Source: an uncultured Candidatus Saccharibacteria bacterium (GTDB lineage Bacteria; Patescibacteriota; Doudnabacteria; UBA920). From it: a stretch of 64,000 nucleotides of DNA. The translations under genes and the position numbers were made by a program. The stretch spans positions 6,358 through 70,357 of the forward strand of contig CAZACP010000001.1 of NCBI GenBank assembly GCA_964483665.1. Reading direction: 5' to 3'. Positions 8,148 through 18,234 of the stretch are shown in pieces; the stretch's first letter is position 1, and every line of letters starts with the position of its first letter. The notes below the pieces were generated by a model. The model was not told where the DNA came from, did not search any database, and saw only the letters and a program-made list of their open reading frames with translations.

Positions 8148-9209
8148 ATGAAAAAATTTTTTATTTTTCTAATCCCTGCGCTTTTGTTGTCAGCGGGTTG
8201 CGACGTTTTTTCCAAAGGAGGCAGCGCGGGGCTTTCAAAAACTATAAATGGCGGAGTTGACTGGATTTTAGCCAACAAGCAGGATGGCGGCAGCGGGAGC
8301 ATGCAGGCAGCCAATATTTCCAAGTTGGAAATTGACCCAAATAATCGGGAGAATATTTACGCGGGAAGCTATAACGGCGGGTTGTTTTTGTCTACCGACA
8401 GCGGCGGAACTTGGAAAAATATATTAAGCAACAGCACGGTTTTTGATTTTGCGGTTAATATGGCAAACCCCAAAATTATTTATGCGGCAGGCGACATTGG
8501 GGGGTTGGGAAGAGTGGTTAAAACATCAGACGGCGGAAAAAGTTGGCTTAAAGCTTACAACGAGTCAACGCCCAATAATCCGGTTAGGAGCATTGCCCTA
8601 AACCCCTCAAACCCCGAACATCTGGTTATAGGAACAGACTCGGGGACGGTTATAAAAAGCACTGATGGGGGCTTAAATTGGCAGCTTTTAAAAAATTTTT
8701 CCAGCAAAATTAACAGAATATATTGGACAAACAGCGGGGTCTATGTATTAGTAAGAGAAAAGGGTTTGTTTAAAGGCAGCGGGGTAGGTGATGATTTTAC
8801 CGATTTAACTTCCGGGCTTAGAAGCGAAGGACTGCTTAACCAATTTTCTAAAACCGGTTCGGTAAAAATATTTAACCAGGCGTATGTTGACCCTTTAAGT
8901 AGCAATCTTTTGTATGTAACTACGGATATTGGCTTGTTTAAGTCAATAGATTTAGGAAAAAATTGGACAGCTGTAAAATTGCCGGTAAAACAGGAAGCTT
9001 TAAACGCCAGGCCAATAGTAGTAGCTAAGCAAAATAGTAATACAGTCTTGACCGCCATAGGTTCTATTGTGTATAAATCTACAGACGGGGGAAATAGTTT
9101 TCAAACTCAAAACGTGCCTTTTTTAAACGCTTTTGTAAACTACTTAGTTATGGATCCCGTATTGCCTCAAATAATGTATGTGGGAGGGTATGTAAACCAA
9201 AACAATTAA
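8148..9209 (+). CDS. Lipoprotein with BNR/Asp-box repeats (beta-propeller, Ycf48/sialidase-like)
   Basis: Lipobox LLLSAGC; repeated S/T-x-D-G-G-x-(T/S)-W motifs (TDSGGTWKN, TSDGGKSWL, STDGGLNWQ, STDGGNSFQ). Confidence 0.7.
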   Translation: MKKFFIFLIPALLLSAGCDVFSKGGSAGLSKTINGGVDWILANKQDGGSGSMQAANISKLEIDPNNRENIYAGSYNGGLFLSTDSGGTWKNILSNSTVFDFAVNMANPKIIYAAGDIGGLGRVVKTSDGGKSWLKAYNESTPNNPVRSIALNPSNPEHLVIGTDSGTVIKSTDGGLNWQLLKNFSSKINRIYWTNSGVYVLVREKGLFKGSGVGDDFTDLTSGLRSEGLLNQFSKTGSVKIFNQAYVDPLSSNLLYVTTDIGLFKSIDLGKNWTAVKLPVKQEALNARPIVVAKQNSNTVLTAIGSIVYKSTDGGNSFQTQNVPFLNAFVNYLVMDPVLPQIMYVGGYVNQNN

Positions 9210-9226
9210 CAATTTACGATTAACAA

Positions 9227-9790
9227 TTGACCATGATCGATCAAATTATAAACAATCATAAACCAGAATTTGAAAAAGCTATAGAACACTATTTGCACGA
9301 ACTTTCGTCGGTCCGCACAGGCAGGGCAAACCCGGCTTTGCTTAATACTGTTACAGTAGAAAGCTATGGCGCAAAAATGTCTTTAGAACAGGTAGCCTCT
9401 GTTACCGTGAGTGACGCTAAAACTTTAGTAATAAGCCCGTGGGACAAAAGCCAACTTCAGGCCATAGAAAAAGGCATTCAGCTGGCTAACTTAGGTTTTA
9501 ATCCTTCGAACGACGGTATTGTAATTCGAATTATTTTACCCGCTCTTTCTGAAGAGCGAAGAAAAGAAATGGTAAAAATGGTCGGGCAGATTGCTGAGAA
9601 AGGAAAAATTGCTATTCGAAATGTAAGGGAAAGCGTAATAAAAGAAATGAAAAAAGCGGAAAGCGACGGAAAAATTTCCAAGGACGATTTAACTCACGGG
9701 CAAAAAAAACTGCAGGAGAGCGTGGACAAATATAACGAGGAAATTAAAAAACACGCGGAAAGCAAGGAAAAAGAAGTAATGACTGTTTAA
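9227..9790 (+). CDS. frr: Ribosome recycling factor
   Basis: 187 aa; RRF length and the conserved RTGRANPALL block. Confidence 0.9.
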   Translation: MTMIDQIINNHKPEFEKAIEHYLHELSSVRTGRANPALLNTVTVESYGAKMSLEQVASVTVSDAKTLVISPWDKSQLQAIEKGIQLANLGFNPSNDGIVIRIILPALSEERRKEMVKMVGQIAEKGKIAIRNVRESVIKEMKKAESDGKISKDDLTHGQKKLQESVDKYNEEIKKHAESKEKEVMTV

Positions 9791-9793
9791 TTT

Positions 9794-10234
9794 ATGGCGA
9801 AATTTCCATCTTTCAAAGATGTTGGCAGGGCAATGGGTTTTGAGTTTAGTGAAGGAGAAAATGTTTTAAACAATCTGAATCAGATTTTAAAAAATTTGGA
9901 TTATTATAAAACACAAGTAGGCGAAGATTTTTTGCGCGACAAATGTGAATATTACCCCAAGGTTGCACCTGAGCCTAAAAATGGAGTCCTTTTATTTCTA
10001 CCGGAAGAGAAACGGGGTAAAACTACATCTGAAGATATGTTTCGTTTATCTATTTATGAATTTATTGATCGAGTGGAAGATTTGGCTGAAAATTCAAGAT
10101 TTAAAAAAAATGATTTAATTGGAATTTTGTCTGAGCTTAAAGATTCAATCAACCAAATGACTAATGCCGAGGCTGTTGAAAAATTAAAACATGTAAGACA
10201 GGATATATTTAATTTAGTTGAAGATATTAAATAA
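9794..10234 (+). CDS. Hypothetical protein
   Basis: ORF tightly packed between frr and rseP; no family recognised. Confidence 0.45.
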   Translation: MAKFPSFKDVGRAMGFEFSEGENVLNNLNQILKNLDYYKTQVGEDFLRDKCEYYPKVAPEPKNGVLLFLPEEKRGKTTSEDMFRLSIYEFIDRVEDLAENSRFKKNDLIGILSELKDSINQMTNAEAVEKLKHVRQDIFNLVEDIK

Positions 10235-10239
10235 TTTTT

Positions 10240-11379
10240 ATGGTAGCAACAATACTTATTTTTATATTAATTTTAGGTTTGCTGGTGTTAGTTCACGAGT
10301 TTGGACATTTTATAGTCGCTAAAAAGAGCGGAATGGTTGTGCATGAGTTCGGTTTTGGTTTCCCGCCCAGGCTAATTGGCCTAAAAAAAATTCAGGGTAA
10401 AAGGAAGGTTGTTTGGGGGCATCAAAAAAGCATTTCAGATTCAGAATTAAACCAGGGCGATGAAAATACTCTATATTCAATAAACAGCATACCGCTTGGC
10501 GGTTTTGTTCGTATAATGGGGGAGAACAATGAACACGAAAACAATCCCAAGAGTTTTATAAACAAACCCTTTTGGCCGAGATTTTTTACGCTTGTGGCAG
10601 GCGTGATAATGAACTTTATATTGGCCGTTGTGATTTTTGGGGTTGGTTTTGGCATTGGTTTGCCTGCCGCTTTTGAAAAGTCTAGCGAAATTCCGAAGTA
10701 CGCAGTAATGGAAAATGCAAAGACAGCGATTATAGAAGTTATAAAAGACCAGCCCGCGGACAAAGCGGGAATTAAGTCGGGAGATTTTATAGTAAGCATA
10801 GACAATAACAAATTTACCAAGGCGGAAGAATACAGGAATTACATACGTTCCAATTCCGGCAAGGAGTTTGCTTTTGAAATAGAACGTGGCGGGCAAATTT
10901 TTAATTTTAAATTAGTTTCCGTGTCTAATCCGGCTGAAGGCCAGGGTCCGACCGGAATTGCATTAACAATGCTAGGGAAGCTAAGATACCCTTGGTATTT
11001 AGCACCATACGAAGGTTTGAAAATGGCCATTGTGCAAACCGGCGCTATTTTTTCCGGACTCTATAAGTTGCTTACTTCCGGCCTCGGTCTTTCTTCTTTG
11101 GGCGGGCCGGTAAAAATAGCTCAGCTCACCGGACAAGTGGCTGATATGGGAATTATTTATTTAATGCAGTTTACCGCGTTTTTGTCGTTAAATTTAGCGG
11201 TTTTAAATATTATGCCGTTTCCGGCTTTAGACGGCGGCCGGGTGGTATTTTTAATAATAGAAAAAATTCGGGGCAAAAGGAATAATCAAAAGTTTGAGCA
11301 AATGGCCAATGCCGCGGGTTTTGCGCTACTGCTTTTGCTTATGTTGGTTGTTACAATTAAGGACGTGAAGGGTTTTTAG
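10240..11379 (+). CDS. rseP: RIP zinc metalloprotease (site-2 protease) with PDZ domain
   Basis: HEFGHF zinc motif in TM1; PDZ (GIKSGDFIVSIDN); C-terminal LDGG motif. Confidence 0.9.
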   Translation: MVATILIFILILGLLVLVHEFGHFIVAKKSGMVVHEFGFGFPPRLIGLKKIQGKRKVVWGHQKSISDSELNQGDENTLYSINSIPLGGFVRIMGENNEHENNPKSFINKPFWPRFFTLVAGVIMNFILAVVIFGVGFGIGLPAAFEKSSEIPKYAVMENAKTAIIEVIKDQPADKAGIKSGDFIVSIDNNKFTKAEEYRNYIRSNSGKEFAFEIERGGQIFNFKLVSVSNPAEGQGPTGIALTMLGKLRYPWYLAPYEGLKMAIVQTGAIFSGLYKLLTSGLGLSSLGGPVKIAQLTGQVADMGIIYLMQFTAFLSLNLAVLNIMPFPALDGGRVVFLIIEKIRGKRNNQKFEQMANAAGFALLLLLMLVVTIKDVKGF

Positions 11380-11459
11380 ACCGTAAAAGTTAATTTTAAA
11401 TTTTAAATTCTAAATTTTAATTTACCCTATTTACTCCATATATCTGCGAAACAACAATT

Positions 11460-12698
11460 ATGAGACAATCAAAATATTTTTTAAAGACCAGCAAAACTAA
11501 GCCGGCCGAAGACACATCGGCAAATGCTATTTTGCTCGAGCAGGGCGGGTTTGTTTATAAAGAAATGGCAGGAGTTTACGCTTATTTGCCTTTGGGTTTT
11601 AGAGTTATAGAAAAAATAAAAAATATTATTAGAGAAGAGATGAACGCTATCGGTGGCCAAGAATTGATTATGACTAGCCTGCAGCGCAAGGAGGTTTGGG
11701 AAAAAACTAATCGTTGGGATGATAATAAAGTGGATGTGTGGTTTAAATCTAAACTAAAAAATGGCGCTGACGTAGGATTAGCATGGTCACATGAGGAGCC
11801 AATTACGACTATGATGCTAAATTATATAAGCAGCTATAGAGATTTACCCGCTTATGTTTATCAATTTCAGACGAAACTTAGAAACGAACTCAGGGCAAAA
11901 AGCGGAATTTTAAGAGGCCGAGAGTTTGTGATGAAAGATTTGTATTCATACAGCCTTAGTCCTGAGGCTCATGAAGAATTTTATCAAAAAGCAATTTCAG
12001 CATATTTAAAAATTTTTGAACGGGTTGGTTTGGGAGAATCGACATTTTTAACTTTCGCTTCGGGCGGAGCGTTTACACAGTTCAGCCACGAATTTCAGAC
12101 CGTGCTTGAAGCTGGTGAAGATGTTATTTATTTAGACCGTAAGAAAAAAATAGCGATTAACAAGGAAGTTTTAACCGAGGAAGTATTAAAACAGCTAAAT
12201 TTAAAACGTGAGGAATTAGAAGAAGTAAAAGCCTCAGAAACCGGCAATATTTTTAATTTTGGCACTACTAAATCTGAACAAATAGGTTTGTATTATAAAG
12301 ATCAACAAGGAAGCAGAAAGCCTGTCATTTTAGGTTCGTATGGTATTGGTATTACAAGAGTAATGGGAGTAATTGTAGAAAAATTCCACGACGAAAAAGG
12401 CATAATCTGGCCGGAGAGCGTGGCGCCGTTTAAGGTGCATCTAATTAGTTTAAAAGGTGCCGAGAACGAAGCAGAAAATATCTACCAAGCTTTATTAAAA
12501 GAAGGAATTGAGGTATTATTAGATGATCGGGAAGTAAGCGCGGGGGCTAAATTTGCCGACTCGGATTTAATTGGAATCCCGCATAGGGTGATAGTTTCAC
12601 CTAAGACCATTGAACAATCATCCGTAGAAATTAAAAAACGATCAGATATAGAATCTAAATTAGTTAAAACTAGGGAGTTAGTTAAATACCTACAATAA
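11460..12698 (+). CDS. proS: Prolyl-tRNA synthetase, compact form without the INS editing domain
   Basis: Class II motifs and an anticodon-binding C-terminus; only 412 aa. Confidence 0.8.
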   Translation: MRQSKYFLKTSKTKPAEDTSANAILLEQGGFVYKEMAGVYAYLPLGFRVIEKIKNIIREEMNAIGGQELIMTSLQRKEVWEKTNRWDDNKVDVWFKSKLKNGADVGLAWSHEEPITTMMLNYISSYRDLPAYVYQFQTKLRNELRAKSGILRGREFVMKDLYSYSLSPEAHEEFYQKAISAYLKIFERVGLGESTFLTFASGGAFTQFSHEFQTVLEAGEDVIYLDRKKKIAINKEVLTEEVLKQLNLKREELEEVKASETGNIFNFGTTKSEQIGLYYKDQQGSRKPVILGSYGIGITRVMGVIVEKFHDEKGIIWPESVAPFKVHLISLKGAENEAENIYQALLKEGIEVLLDDREVSAGAKFADSDLIGIPHRVIVSPKTIEQSSVEIKKRSDIESKLVKTRELVKYLQ

Positions 12699-12833
12699 AT
12701 CCGAAATTCGAATATCGAAATTCGAAACAATACAAAAATCTAAAATAAAAAATTCAAAAGTCAGTAAGGGTTTGGGAATTTTTAATTTAGGATTTTTTCG
12801 AATTTCGTATTTAGCATTTCGAATTTTTAATTT

Positions 12834-13886
12834 ATGTTTGAAGGCATTTATAAAAAATTTTCCAGCGACATTGGCATAGATCTTGGCACTGCCAATACTT
12901 TGGTCTATGTAAAAGGCAAGGGCATTGTTATAAACGAGCCCTCTGTTGTCGCAATTAACCAAAGAACAAAGCAGATTTTGGCTATTGGCGATGAGGCAAG
13001 AAGAATGGTCGGCAGAACGCCCCCGCACATTGTAGCGACCAGGCCTTTGGTAGATGGAGTGATTTCTGATTTTGAAGTGACGGAAGCTATGCTTAGGTAC
13101 TTTATAGACAAAGTTCATAACCAAACTTTTGCTTTTTTGCGCCGTCCGCGTGTGGTTATTGGCATACCTTCAGGAGTAACTGAAGTGGAAAAAAGGGCGG
13201 TTATTGACGCGGCGGTAAATGCCGGCGCAGCCCAGGCTTTTTTAATAGAGGAGCCTATGGCCGCAGCTGTAGGCTCAAGGCTGCCTATTTCCGAACCGAC
13301 CGGCAGCATGATAATTGACATAGGAGGCGGCACGGCTGAAATTGCGGTTATTTCGTTGGGCGGGATTGTAATTTCTAAAAGCATACGAGTGGCCGGAGAT
13401 GAAATGAACGACAATATTGTCCAGTACGCAAGAGAAAAATTTAATTTGCTTATTGGTCCTCGCACTGCCGAAGAAATAAAAATTAGAATAGGCAGCGCAT
13501 ATCCGCTTGAATCAGCCTTAACCTTGGAGGTTAGGGGCAGGGATTTAGTGACCGGGCTTCCGAGGGAAATTCTAATGAACGACAGCCAGGTTAGGGACGC
13601 GCTTTCCCACAGTTTGAAAATGATTGTTAACAATACGAAATCCGTTATTGAGGGCATTCCGCCTGAATTAATTTCGGACATAATGCATAGGGGTATTGTT
13701 TTGGCGGGCGGTGGAGCGCTTTTAAGAGGGCTTAATAAGTTAATGCATGAAGCAACCGATATGCCGGTAGTTATAGCCGAAGACCCCCTAACTTGCGTAG
13801 CTAGGGGAGCGGGCGTGGTGGTGGAAGATTTGGAAACGCTCAAAGATGTGCTTTTGCCTAATGAATTTGGGAACGTACCTAGGTAA
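12834..13886 (+). CDS. mreB: Rod-shape protein MreB (actin-like ATPase)
   Basis: IGIDLGTANTLVYV... and IDIGGGTAEIAV are hallmarks. Confidence 0.95.
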   Translation: MFEGIYKKFSSDIGIDLGTANTLVYVKGKGIVINEPSVVAINQRTKQILAIGDEARRMVGRTPPHIVATRPLVDGVISDFEVTEAMLRYFIDKVHNQTFAFLRRPRVVIGIPSGVTEVEKRAVIDAAVNAGAAQAFLIEEPMAAAVGSRLPISEPTGSMIIDIGGGTAEIAVISLGGIVISKSIRVAGDEMNDNIVQYAREKFNLLIGPRTAEEIKIRIGSAYPLESALTLEVRGRDLVTGLPREILMNDSQVRDALSHSLKMIVNNTKSVIEGIPPELISDIMHRGIVLAGGGALLRGLNKLMHEATDMPVVIAEDPLTCVARGAGVVVEDLETLKDVLLPNEFGNVPR

Positions 13887-14000
13887 AAATATTGACAAAA
13901 ACGACGTAAATGACAAAAATAAAAAATAAAATACAGATTTTTGGGTGGTATTTTAAATTTTTGTCATTTTTATTATTTTTGATCATTTTTCATTTCTTCA

Positions 14001-14798
14001 ATGCGGTTTATATACAATAAAACATTCGTAGCCTTTTTTGTTTGCCTGTGCCTGTTGGTATTTTTTATGTTTTTAAACAGTCAAGGGGCGCTAGACCAAA
14101 TAAAACGGTTTTTTTTAAGGCTTCCGCAACCGGTGGTTAATTTTTCAGGAAATTTAGGCAGGAATACGAAGTCTTTTTTTCTGGCGCTCTATGATTTAAA
14201 GGGAATGGTTAAAGAAAACGCCCAACTCAAAGAAAATATTGCCTTGCTAGAAATTGATCTGGCTGCGGCTGAGGCCGATATTAGAGAAAACGAAATTTTG
14301 CGGAAAGAATTGGGGTTTGTTAAGAGTTCCAAACTGGATTTAGAGCCTTGCGAGGTGCTGTCGGCTAACTCGTTAAACTTAACCGACACTTTAATTATTA
14401 ATTGTGGAACTGATCAGGGTCTTTTAGAAGGACAGGTAATAATTTCTCAGGGTCATATAGTCGGGAAAATAATTTACGTCGGGAAAACTACTTCCACTGC
14501 GCAAATTGCAACCTCTTCCAAATTCTTAACAGACGCTCGCATAAGCAAGACCGGCCAGCCTGCGGTTGTACAGGGGTCGTATAACTCAGGTATGGTAATT
14601 GACCAATTACCCCAGTCAACACAACTCGAGCCAGGCTGGTTAATAGTTTCCGGGGGTATTAATTCTAAAATCCCGGCTGATTTGCCTATTGGGGAAGTTG
14701 GTCAGATTATTTCTTCCCAAAATGATTTATTTAAAAAAGCCAGCCTGCTTTCTCCGGTAGATTTTAACGACTTAAGATTTGTGTATGCCGTAAAGTAG
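14001..14798 (+). CDS. mreC: Rod-shape protein MreC
   Basis: N-terminal TM plus coiled coil plus beta domain; position after mreB. Confidence 0.8.
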   Translation: MRFIYNKTFVAFFVCLCLLVFFMFLNSQGALDQIKRFFLRLPQPVVNFSGNLGRNTKSFFLALYDLKGMVKENAQLKENIALLEIDLAAAEADIRENEILRKELGFVKSSKLDLEPCEVLSANSLNLTDTLIINCGTDQGLLEGQVIISQGHIVGKIIYVGKTTSTAQIATSSKFLTDARISKTGQPAVVQGSYNSGMVIDQLPQSTQLEPGWLIVSGGINSKIPADLPIGEVGQIISSQNDLFKKASLLSPVDFNDLRFVYAVK

Positions 14799-14816
14799 GT
14801 TTGGGGGTACGCGTAT

Positions 14817-15344
14817 ATGATTAAGACATTTGGTTTTTATATCTTGGGTCTTTTATTGTTTGCTGTAAGCGCAGGCTTTTTTAAAAATTTTTTATTGTTT
14901 GGAGCGGCGCCTAATTTGTTATTGCTAATTTCAATCTATTTAGCTTTGGAAGAACCCGGAGAAGCATATTTATTTTTTAGTTTTTTTGCCGGGCTTATGC
15001 TAGATTTTTCCACCGGTGCATATTTGGGCAGCTTTTCTTTGTCCTTTTTAATACTTTCTATTACTCTAAGATTTGTTAGTAGGGAGATAGTCGCGCTAGA
15101 AAAAAATTGGAAATATTTGCCGGCAGTTTTACTAGTTTTTCAGAGCTTGTTGCTTTTTTGGCTATTTTTCTTTAACATGGCGGCATCAAAATTGGTTTCT
15201 GCGCCCCAGGTCTTTTCATTCTTTGAAACTTTTAAAAAATTGTTTTGGCAATATTTTTATAATCTAGCTTGTTTGTATCCGATTTGGAAATTGTCTAAAA
15301 TCCCGTCCCTTTTAGAAGATAAAATTTCCCCGAAGACTAAATAG
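14817..15344 (+). CDS. mreD: Rod-shape protein MreD (polytopic membrane)
   Basis: Hydrophobic 175 aa between mreC and the PBP2 gene. Confidence 0.6.
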   Translation: MIKTFGFYILGLLLFAVSAGFFKNFLLFGAAPNLLLLISIYLALEEPGEAYLFFSFFAGLMLDFSTGAYLGSFSLSFLILSITLRFVSREIVALEKNWKYLPAVLLVFQSLLLFWLFFFNMAASKLVSAPQVFSFFETFKKLFWQYFYNLACLYPIWKLSKIPSLLEDKISPKTK

Positions 15345-15364
15345 CAAAAATTACGATTTTTTTT

Positions 15365-17317
15365 ATGAAGGATCCATTTTTAATTGAAACCAAAGTTCCA
15401 AGCAGCGAAAAAAAAGCTTCTTTAGACTGGGATGAGAGCGCTTCGGATATAAACAGCACAGTTACAGATATTCACGATTCGGAAAGAAGGCAACATGAAT
15501 TTTATTTAACAAGGATTTTTTTGTTGCTAATTTTAGTAATTTTTTCTTCGCGTCTTTTTTATTTGCAAATAATTAAAGGGTCCTATTTTCAGCAAATGGC
15601 TGAAAATAACCGTACCCGAAGCCAGGTATTAGAAGCACCTAGAGGCTTAATTTTTGATATTCGGCAAAAGCCCTTGCTGGAAAATATTGCCGGGTATAAT
15701 TTAATTGCTGTGCCTTTTGACTTGCCAAAAGAGAATTTTGAAGCCGAGATCGTTCGGCTAGCTTCCGTCTTGAATATTAGCCAGGAAGAAATTTATGACA
15801 GTTTAAAAAATATTAACAAGCGTTCAATTACGCCGGTGATAGTAAAACAAGATATTTCTCCTGAAATGGCTATTCTGTTTCAAACCCGGGCGTATGATTT
15901 TCCGGGTTTTTCCGTGCAGCAGTCGCCCATTCGAAATTATTTTTTCCCCGAACAATTTTCCGCTTTGTTAGGCTATACTGGCTTGGCCAATAGTCAAGAT
16001 ATACTGCGCTTAAATTTAAGCGATTCTGACACGGCCACGCAAGTTGGCAAGCAGGGGCTTGAGCTTGAGTATGAAAAGTTTTTAAGAGGTTCAGCCGGTC
16101 AAAATCAAGTGGAAATAGACTCCACAGGCAAGATTTTAAAAGTATTGGGTCAAAAACCCAGCAGGCCAGGGGATTCTTTAATATTAAACATTGATTCAGA
16201 ACTGCAAAAAAAACTTTACGAAGAGCTGATAAAAAACAGCGGGGGAAAAGTGCGAGCCGCGGCAGTGGCATTAAACCCTAAGACCGGGCAGGTTTTGGCT
16301 TTGCTTTCGTTGCCGGGTTTTGACACAAATTTGTTTTCGCACGGTATAACCCAAGCCGACTATCAGCTTTTGTTAAACGATCCGAAAAAACCTTTTTTAA
16401 ACAGGGCAATTTCCGGGCAGTACCCGCCTGGTTCCACGGTAAAACCTATGGTTGCGGCCGCAGCTTTGGCGGAAGGGATTGTAAATGAAGATACAATAAT
16501 AAATGACAAAGGGGTTTTGGTTATTCCAAATCAATTTGATCCGACTGTCGCGTATAATTTTGTCGGCTGGAAACTTTCGGGCTTAGGTCCAATGACCGTT
16601 AAAAGCGCTATTGCACAAAGTTCGGATATTTATTTTTATACGGTTGCGGGCGGGCATCCGAATTCCAAAATTGCAGGTTTGGGCGTTTTAAAATTGGCGG
16701 AGTATTACCGCAAATTTCATTTAAGCCAGCCTTTAGGTATAGATCTTCCGGGTGAAAAACCCGGAGTGGTCGCGGATCCTTCTTGGAAGGAAAAAGCTTT
16801 TGCTAATGACCCGATTTTAAAAAAATGGTATTTGGGCGACACCTACCACATTGGCATAGGCCAGGGCGACATGCTAACTACGCCGCTTCAGGTGGCTTAT
16901 TGGACTGCTGTTTTTGCTAACAACGGAGTCGGCATGAAACCGAAAATATTAAACAGCGTAGTTTCTTCGGAAGGTAAAAATGTTTTTGAAAACAAGCCTG
17001 AAATTTTAGCAAATAAATTTTTAAGCGATGAAATCATAAAAGTTGTCCAAGAGGGTATGAGAGAAACTGTTCTTGAAGGCAGCGGCCGGCAGCTTTTAAG
17101 TCTTCCTATTACTTCCGCCGGGAAAACCGGCACTTCGCAATTTGACGGCTCAGACCCCAAAAAAACTCATGCATGGTTTACGGCATACGCGCCTTTTGAA
17201 GACCCTCAAATAGTCATAACTGTGCTGGTTGAAGCTGGAGGCGAGGGGCATGCCGCGGCTGTGCCTGTAGTTAAAGAAGCATTTTCGTGGTGGGCAAAAG
17301 AGAGGTATGGAAAGTAG
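15365..17317 (+). CDS. mrdA: Penicillin-binding protein 2 (transpeptidase)
   Basis: PBP dimerisation domain plus transpeptidase STVKP, SxN and KTGT motifs. Confidence 0.9.
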   Translation: MKDPFLIETKVPSSEKKASLDWDESASDINSTVTDIHDSERRQHEFYLTRIFLLLILVIFSSRLFYLQIIKGSYFQQMAENNRTRSQVLEAPRGLIFDIRQKPLLENIAGYNLIAVPFDLPKENFEAEIVRLASVLNISQEEIYDSLKNINKRSITPVIVKQDISPEMAILFQTRAYDFPGFSVQQSPIRNYFFPEQFSALLGYTGLANSQDILRLNLSDSDTATQVGKQGLELEYEKFLRGSAGQNQVEIDSTGKILKVLGQKPSRPGDSLILNIDSELQKKLYEELIKNSGGKVRAAAVALNPKTGQVLALLSLPGFDTNLFSHGITQADYQLLLNDPKKPFLNRAISGQYPPGSTVKPMVAAAALAEGIVNEDTIINDKGVLVIPNQFDPTVAYNFVGWKLSGLGPMTVKSAIAQSSDIYFYTVAGGHPNSKIAGLGVLKLAEYYRKFHLSQPLGIDLPGEKPGVVADPSWKEKAFANDPILKKWYLGDTYHIGIGQGDMLTTPLQVAYWTAVFANNGVGMKPKILNSVVSSEGKNVFENKPEILANKFLSDEIIKVVQEGMRETVLEGSGRQLLSLPITSAGKTGTSQFDGSDPKKTHAWFTAYAPFEDPQIVITVLVEAGGEGHAAAVPVVKEAFSWWAKERYGK

Positions 17318-17397
17318 TATTATGTACTAGGTATAATGTATAATGTGTGGGGAAGGTATTTTATATATTATACTTAATACTTTATACACAATACGCG

Positions 17398-18228
17398 ATG
17401 CTTATAGACGGAAAAAAAATTGGCCAGGAAATTTTAAATAATTTATATAGCGAAGTAAAAAAGCTTCCCTTTCAGCCGATTTTTTGCGATATTTTGGTTG
17501 GCAAAGACCCTGCTTCCGTGCAGTACGTCAAAATGAAAGGCCAGGCGGCTGAAAAAATCGGCATTGCGGTGCATAAGGCCGAGTATCCGGAAAATATTAC
17601 TACCGAAGAGTTGTTAACAGAAATACACAAGCTGAATCAAATAAAAAATATGTGCGGACTCATAGTCCAACTGCCTTTGCCGCCGCACATTAACCAGGCA
17701 GAGGTTTTAAATTCAATAGACCCGGCAATAGACGTAGATGTGACCGGAGAAGTTAATTCGCAAAAATTTTATTTAGGTGAGCCGAATGCGTTAGAATTTC
17801 CGACCGCAGTCGCTATATTAAATTTACTTGATTCCACCGGCGAAAATTTAAAAGAAAAAAATTTTTTGGTTATGGGTTTTGGTATGCTGGTAGGCAGGCC
17901 GGTGAGCTACTTGCTCGAAAAAAAGGGTTATAAAGTCGCGGTTGCAAGAAGCAAAACGGCTAATACAAATGAGTTATTAAAAAACGCAGATGTGGTCATT
18001 TCAGCGACCGGCAAACCGAACATAGTGACAGGAGAAAAAATAAAGCCCGGGTCTATAATTATAGACGCCGGAACTTCCGAAAGCGAAGGCGGTATAGTGG
18101 GGGATGTTGATTTTGAATCTGTAAATAAAATTGCAAGTTTTGTTTCCCCGGTGCCGGGCGGCGTAGGAGCGGTAACCGTTGCCATGCTTTTAAGCAATGT
18201 TGTCCAAGTTGCAAAAACTATGAACTAA
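17398..18228 (+). CDS. folD: Methylene-THF dehydrogenase/methenyl-THF cyclohydrolase
   Basis: MLIDGKKIGQEIL start; conserved FolD blocks; the upstream 51 nt of the listed ORF are intergenic word repeat. Confidence 0.9.
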   Translation: MLIDGKKIGQEILNNLYSEVKKLPFQPIFCDILVGKDPASVQYVKMKGQAAEKIGIAVHKAEYPENITTEELLTEIHKLNQIKNMCGLIVQLPLPPHINQAEVLNSIDPAIDVDVTGEVNSQKFYLGEPNALEFPTAVAILNLLDSTGENLKEKNFLVMGFGMLVGRPVSYLLEKKGYKVAVARSKTANTNELLKNADVVISATGKPNIVTGEKIKPGSIIIDAGTSESEGGIVGDVDFESVNKIASFVSPVPGGVGAVTVAMLLSNVVQVAKTMN

Positions 18229-18234
18229 AAGTAG

